Source: an uncultured delta proteobacterium
GTDB lineage: Bacteria; Desulfobacterota; Desulfobacteria; Desulfobacterales; JAFDCJ01
NCBI GenBank assembly: GCA_963769935.1
Contig: CAVYNY010000011.1
Span: forward strand, 1-64,000
Reading direction: 5' to 3'
DNA length: 64,000 nucleotides
Shown: positions 59,489 through 64,000 of the stretch, piece by piece
Numbering within the stretch: position 1 is the stretch's first letter
Layout of the letters: every line of letters starts with the position of its first letter
Notes under the pieces: model-generated
Told to the model about the DNA's origin: nothing
The model's input: only the letters and a program-made list of their open reading frames with translations
Database searches by the model: none
Program-made: the position numbers and the translations under genes

Positions 59489-61234
59489 TCACTTTTTATA
59501 AAGCCGTTTGAGATCCTCCCAGGCATCCGTCAGCATGGCATTGGGCACATAGCCGTGGACATAATCCCGGTAGGCGCGGACGTTGATTTGCTGGTAGAGC
59601 GGGATCCCGACGGCATCCTGATACCACAGGTACTGCAGTCTGGTGTAAATCTGTTCGCGCCGGACCGGGTCGACGGTGGCGATGCCGGCCTCGCAAAGAC
59701 GGTCCACCTCGTCATTTTTATACGCCAGAAACCGGCCGTACACACCCCGGGAGTGCATAAAACTGTACATAAAGTTGTGCGGATCGGCATAGTCCGCCAC
59801 CCAGCCGGTAATAAAAATCGGGTACTGGAAATTACGGTATTGCACCAGATAGTCCTTCCACTCCACATTGCGCACCTCGATCTTGAATTTCGCATTCAAA
59901 GACATCAGGTTTTCCGCCAGCATCAGGGCCGCGGCCTCCCGCATTTCGTTGCCGGTGTTGTGGGCAATGACCATTTTAAAGCCTTTTTGCCATACCTCTC
60001 CCTTCCAGGCTTTTTGCAGATATTGCTTTGATTTGTTCAGATCGAATTCGTAAACCGGTACATCTTTGTGGAAGGGCAGACCCTCAATGTCGGGGCTGGT
60101 CGGCAGGATAACCAGGTTGTTGAACACATCCGCTTTGTAAGTTTGACGGTCAAAGGCGTGCAGAAATGCCTTGCGGACGTTGACATCATTAAAAAAGTCA
60201 GGTGGAACGCCGTCACCGTCCAGCCGGCCGCTGCCGATATTCGGATTGCCGCGAGGATTCACCTTGCGGCAGAAAAGAGCACAGGTGAGGGACAGCTGGG
60301 GTGTCATATACAGCTTCAGTCCCGGCATGGCCTCCACCTCCGGCACATAGGGTGTGTCCACCGTGACGCGGTCGGCATCGCCGTTTTGGAGCATGAGCTT
60401 GCGGGTGCTCCACTCCTTGACATATTTGATGACAGCGGTTTTGAGTGCCGGCCGGGGTCCCCAATATCCCTCAAAACGCTCAAACACAAACTGCTGGGAA
60501 GGCTCCCACAGCTTCATGCGGTAGGCACCGGTGCCGTTGGCAATACCTTGCAGGGGTTCATGCCCCGGCGCCGGGTTGTTGAATCGGGCGGCATTTTTGA
60601 TGCTGCCGTCCCAGCAGCCCTTGGAAATCGCCCATTCCCGGTCCAATATGGAAGCGGCGGAATAGGCCAGAATGCCCATCAACGGCGGAAACGGCCGCGG
60701 CAGGTGAAAAACAATGCGATCGTCTTTGACTTCCACGGCCTGGTCGATGGCTTCAAAGATCCCGGCAATGATGGCGCCGTCCTTATCCCTGGTTGAACCA
60801 CGGCCGGTCAACGCCTCCAGCAGCATCCACATGGGGCCGCCGTCCGGATCCACGATCATGGCGCGTTTAATTGAGTAGGCAACATCTTCCGGCGTTAATT
60901 CGCCGCCTTCCTGAAATTTAACCCCCTTGCGGATATGGAAAGTATAAGTTTTTCCGTCCGGTGAGATTCCCCCGTTTTCAAGGGTCGGAACATATTGGGC
61001 CAGCAGCGGAACATATTTTTCGGTGCTGGAACCGTCAAAGAACACCAGGGTTTCGTAGATATTCCAGATTCTCTGTGAGCCGGTGGCATCATAGCAAACC
61101 GCCGGGTCCAGGGTGCGCAGGGTGCCGTAGTTGGCCAGCACAAATGTGTCCGGATTTTTTACGATTGCATGCGCGGTGAGGGTCCCCATCACAATCAGAA
61201 AGCAGCAAAAAATTATCAAACCCGTCTTTTTCAT
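59489..61234 (-). CDS. Orphan family-5 ABC substrate-binding protein
   Basis: ATG 61234 after GAGG; signal peptide; KNPDTF; TLDPA..YD; NGTGAY; GWVADYADP. Confidence 0.93.
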   Translation of the reverse strand: MKKTGLIIFCCFLIVMGTLTAHAIVKNPDTFVLANYGTLRTLDPAVCYDATGSQRIWNIYETLVFFDGSSTEKYVPLLAQYVPTLENGGISPDGKTYTFHIRKGVKFQEGGELTPEDVAYSIKRAMIVDPDGGPMWMLLEALTGRGSTRDKDGAIIAGIFEAIDQAVEVKDDRIVFHLPRPFPPLMGILAYSAASILDREWAISKGCWDGSIKNAARFNNPAPGHEPLQGIANGTGAYRMKLWEPSQQFVFERFEGYWGPRPALKTAVIKYVKEWSTRKLMLQNGDADRVTVDTPYVPEVEAMPGLKLYMTPQLSLTCALFCRKVNPRGNPNIGSGRLDGDGVPPDFFNDVNVRKAFLHAFDRQTYKADVFNNLVILPTSPDIEGLPFHKDVPVYEFDLNKSKQYLQKAWKGEVWQKGFKMVIAHNTGNEMREAAALMLAENLMSLNAKFKIEVRNVEWKDYLVQYRNFQYPIFITGWVADYADPHNFMYSFMHSRGVYGRFLAYKNDEVDRLCEAGIATVDPVRREQIYTRLQYLWYQDAVGIPLYQQINVRAYRDYVHGYVPNAMLTDAWEDLKRLYKK

Positions 61235-61431
61235 ATTTACCTCACGCCGGCGCTCGTTGAGATGATTGGGTTTGCTGGATTGATTGAGTTGATGGAGTTG
61301 GATAGGAATTTTTCTTATTAGATGGTCATACCGCTTTAAAAACAACTGACTACGGACAACTATCCACGGCCATAATGCAGAATCGCTCAATTAAAGAATA
61401 ACATTTTGCCGGCGAATACCACCTTTCAGAT

Positions 61432-61686
61432 TCATTTTTTCTCAGAATCGAGATTGCTGTAAAGTTGATTCCAGCGGGCAAAGGGAATGGACTTTAGATC
61501 CTGTAGATCAGACTGCGGAATTCTGCCGATGGTGGTGTTGGGCGCGTAGTAGCACTGCTGTCCCTTGTAGGGACCATCTTCGATAATCCAGCCTTGCGTG
61601 ACAGCAAGTTTTTTGCCCACAAAATTACTTGCCTCGGAATTATATTGCTTTTGGTCGGCCGGACTGAAAATGCCTTCAAAATACAT
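61432..61686 (-). CDS. Small hypothetical protein (84 aa)
   Basis: Strong RBS GAGGAGG; fills the intergenic gap and is co-oriented with neighbours. Confidence 0.65.
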   Translation of the reverse strand: MYFEGIFSPADQKQYNSEASNFVGKKLAVTQGWIIEDGPYKGQQCYYAPNTTIGRIPQSDLQDLKSIPFARWNQLYSNLDSEKK

Positions 61687-61868
61687 AATCTGCCTCCTCG
61701 AAAAAATTAAGCAGGGTCGGCAATTACCCTGCTGGATTGAGTGTGTTCATTCAACATTACCCACTCGTACAAAAATGTCAAGCTTATAAAAATATTGAAA
61801 TATGATCAATTTTTAGGCTTTAAATTCAGAGGGCATACCTCGAAATGTCGCCGGTCAATCAAAAATAG

Positions 61869-62996
61869 TCATCCCAAAGCCTGGTCGATGTCGGCGATAA
61901 TGTCATCCACATCCTCAATACCGACAGATAGCCTCAGCAACCTTTCGGTGATGCCCAGCTCGGCGCGTTCTGCGCTGCTCATTTTTTCATGGGAAGTTGC
62001 TACCGGCGCACAAACAATGGTTTCAACGCCGCCGAGACTGAGAGCCGGTTTTATCAGGTTCAGCTTCTTGAGGAATTCACGGGGAGAAATGCGTTGATCG
62101 TCCAGTTCAAATGAAAGCATGCCGCCGAAGCCTTTCATCTGTCCGGCCGCAATCTCAAACCCCGGATGATTTTCCAGGCCCGGGTAGTTTACTTTCCGGA
62201 TCAGCGGATTTTTTTGCAGGTATCGGGCAATCGCCAGGGCGTTTATATTCTGCTGCGCGACCCTTATTCCCATGGTTTTTAAACTTCTTTCGATCAGATA
62301 GCAGGTGACGGCGTTCAGGCTGCCGCCGAAATTAGCGGCCGATTGTCTGATTATGGCGATCAACGCCTGGGACGCCACGACGGCGCCGCAGCAGATGTCA
62401 CTATGCCCGCCGATGTACTTGGTCCCGCTGTGCAGAACGATGTCGATTCCTAAATCAAGGGGATTCTGGTTGATCGGCGTGGCAAACGTATTGTCAATCA
62501 GGGTTAAAATATTTTTTGATTTTGCAATGCGGGAGACGGCCGCTATATCCGTGATCAACAGCAGCGGATTAGACGGCGATTCAATATAGATGATGCGGGT
62601 GTTTGGGCGGATGGCGCTTTCCAGCTCAGCCATATTGTTGGATACCAAAGTGTATTGGATGCCGAATTTATCGAATTCGGCTGTGGCAAAATGATGCGTG
62701 CCGCCGTAAATATCTCTTTGCAGAACGATGTGGTCCCCGCTGCCAAGCAAAGAAAAAATTGCGGTACTGATGGCCGCCATGCCGGAGCTGAAAAAAAGAC
62801 CGTCCTCGGCGTTTTCCAGCGCACACAATTTATTAATGATCGCTTTTTGGTTGGGCGTGTTGAAATAGCGCGGATAAACATTTTCCGGCGTGTCCAGGTA
62901 TTCAAATGAAGAAGAGGGAAAAATCGGTGTATTTATGCCTCTGGTTCGGGGGTCCGGGTAGGTGCCGCTGTGGACGCACTGCGTATTTTTTTTCAT
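61869..62996 (-). CDS. PLP-dependent transsulfuration enzyme (cystathionine/methionine gamma-lyase family)
   Basis: YPRYFNTPN; FSSGMAAIS; ESPSNP; HSGTKYIGGHSD; SLGGVET. Confidence 0.92.
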   Translation of the reverse strand: MKKNTQCVHSGTYPDPRTRGINTPIFPSSSFEYLDTPENVYPRYFNTPNQKAIINKLCALENAEDGLFFSSGMAAISTAIFSLLGSGDHIVLQRDIYGGTHHFATAEFDKFGIQYTLVSNNMAELESAIRPNTRIIYIESPSNPLLLITDIAAVSRIAKSKNILTLIDNTFATPINQNPLDLGIDIVLHSGTKYIGGHSDICCGAVVASQALIAIIRQSAANFGGSLNAVTCYLIERSLKTMGIRVAQQNINALAIARYLQKNPLIRKVNYPGLENHPGFEIAAGQMKGFGGMLSFELDDQRISPREFLKKLNLIKPALSLGGVETIVCAPVATSHEKMSSAERAELGITERLLRLSVGIEDVDDIIADIDQALG

Positions 62997-63077
62997 AATC
63001 AGCCTCCGGTTTGGCCTCAGTCTTAAGTTGGTACTGTATATTAGTCTTAATGATGAATTCTTTGTATTACATGCAAT

Positions 63078-63219
63078 CCGCCTTGGGCGGATCACCACGA
63101 AAACACGAAATTTTGAAAGCACGAAATTTATCTAATCATCTTTTCGTGTTTACGTCCTTTCGTGCTTTCGTGATTAATTTGTCCTTTTTAGTTCTCCGCC
63201 TCTGGCGGATCCGGGTTAG
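63078..63219. repeat. Inverted CACGAAA cassette bracketed by CCGCC-N3-GGCGGAT motifs
   Basis: CCGCCTTGGGCGGATCACCACGAAAACACGAAA ... TTTCGTGCTTTCGTG ... CCGCCTCTGGCGGATCCGGGTTAG. Confidence 0.8.
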
Positions 63220-63454
63220 ACCAAGATCAATGAGCTTTATTCATATATCTCACCAGTTTCGATGTTCGTCAATGGATTTCAATATCGGCATCTTCCAACC
63301 TGCCATTAAAGACTTATGTTAGTAGGATCTAGCCTAAATCGGAGTTCGGTTGCCAAGCGGAGGAAAAATGGTTGTCCGAATCCGGCACAGTCTATTTTAA
63401 AATAATTCCGGTAGCTTCCAACGGAAGCTGCCAGAAACCAAGAGGAGATTCAAC

Positions 63455-64000
63455 GTGAAACGTTGCTTTATTGCACTCATCATTCTGTTTTCAGCCGGCC
63501 TGTACGCCGTCAATGTTTATGCCTCCGACAAGATCTCTTTTGGAACTTACACCTCCGCTCAATTTCGGGACTACTGGTATAACCATGGCGCCGAAATCTC
63601 CCGCTTCAATCTGCACCAGATGCGTTACGGGGAAATCCATCAGGGGGACGCCGTACTGGTATTTGTCACCGAAGAAATGAATCCCGCCATTCAGGTCAAA
63701 GCGGATAATCCCGGACCTGAAGATATTCCCGTGTTAAAGCTGAATGCCGTCCGCAAATTTTTTACCGGCATCTATCCTTATTCGATCATGACATCCATCT
63801 TCAGCCCGGTGGATATCCAAAAATATCCGCTGCCCCTTAAAATCAGTTTATCCACCCAGGAGTGGTGCGGAAATGTTTACACTCAGATGAATCTGCAAAA
63901 CGCCGAATACCGGGTGAGGCTGCATTCCTACTTTGAAAAAGAAGGCGACCAGGATTTCACGGTAAAAAAATACATGCCCGAGGATGCTGTCTGGAACATA
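63455..64000 (+). CDS. Exported conserved hypothetical protein, runs off the window
   Basis: GTG after GAGGAG; signal peptide; FRDYWY..GAEI; RYGEIH; PVLKLN; TGIYPYS; QEWCG; frame open to the window end. Confidence 0.8.
   Translation, partial: MKRCFIALIILFSAGLYAVNVYASDKISFGTYTSAQFRDYWYNHGAEISRFNLHQMRYGEIHQGDAVLVFVTEEMNPAIQVKADNPGPEDIPVLKLNAVRKFFTGIYPYSIMTSIFSPVDIQKYPLPLKISLSTQEWCGNVYTQMNLQNAEYRVRLHSYFEKEGDQDFTVKKYMPEDAVWNI

Noticed and set aside
11791..60796. Long antisense and alternate-frame ORFs (e.g. 12153-13319, 13811-14800, 16839-17903, 45593-46450, 60068-60796)
   Set aside because: They are shadows of GC-rich genes on the opposite strand, with no motifs or RBS.
61420..61434. Selenocysteine read-through at other TGA stops, e.g. 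the 84-aa ORF
   Set aside because: Another stop follows almost immediately, with no Cys-motif context and no hairpin.
13678..63219. Intergenic tandem repeats as CRISPR arrays
   Set aside because: Units are 7-9 bp, degenerate, lack unique spacers and are arranged as inverted arms; no cas genes in the window.
1..64000. tRNA/rRNA genes, prophage or intact IS/integrase
   Set aside because: None recognised by eye; only transposase fragments are present.

Overview
Bacterial chromosome segment. The gene set (tungsten-type aldehyde:ferredoxin oxidoreductase, Sec-MsrA, MetY/MetX/MetW, many Dpp/Opp ABC systems) suggests an anaerobe, probably Desulfobacterota; this taxonomy is inferred. Contents in order: (1) an AT-rich orphan RHS toxin/immunity array with glycine-zipper tips, tyrosine-transposase remnants and a ~145-bp direct repeat (1-4.3 kb); (2) pstSCAB-phoU; (3) a catabolic operon of Dpp-type ABC transporter, saccharopine-dehydrogenase-family enzyme, XRE-HTH/DctP fusion regulator, MmgE/PrpD protein and AOR, behind a perfect 27-bp palindrome; (4) a second Dpp operon, a radical SAM gene and moeA; (5) metY-metX-metW-MOSC preceded by an unannotated Met-rich leader ORF; (6) larE, small regulators, a LysM transglycosylase and a probably leaderless Phd-VapC TA pair; (7) a third Dpp operon whose binding-protein gene is internally deleted; (8) ppiA, an iron-sulfur flavoprotein, fabV, iadA, a UGA-recoded lipoprotein MsrA with a SECIS-like hairpin, an SDR, an orphan binding protein and a transsulfuration lyase. 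More than a dozen intergenic inverted short-tandem-repeat cassettes punctuate the window. Seven single-base frameshifts in otherwise intact genes are probably sequencing or assembly indels. All calls come from reading the sequence; no searches were run.
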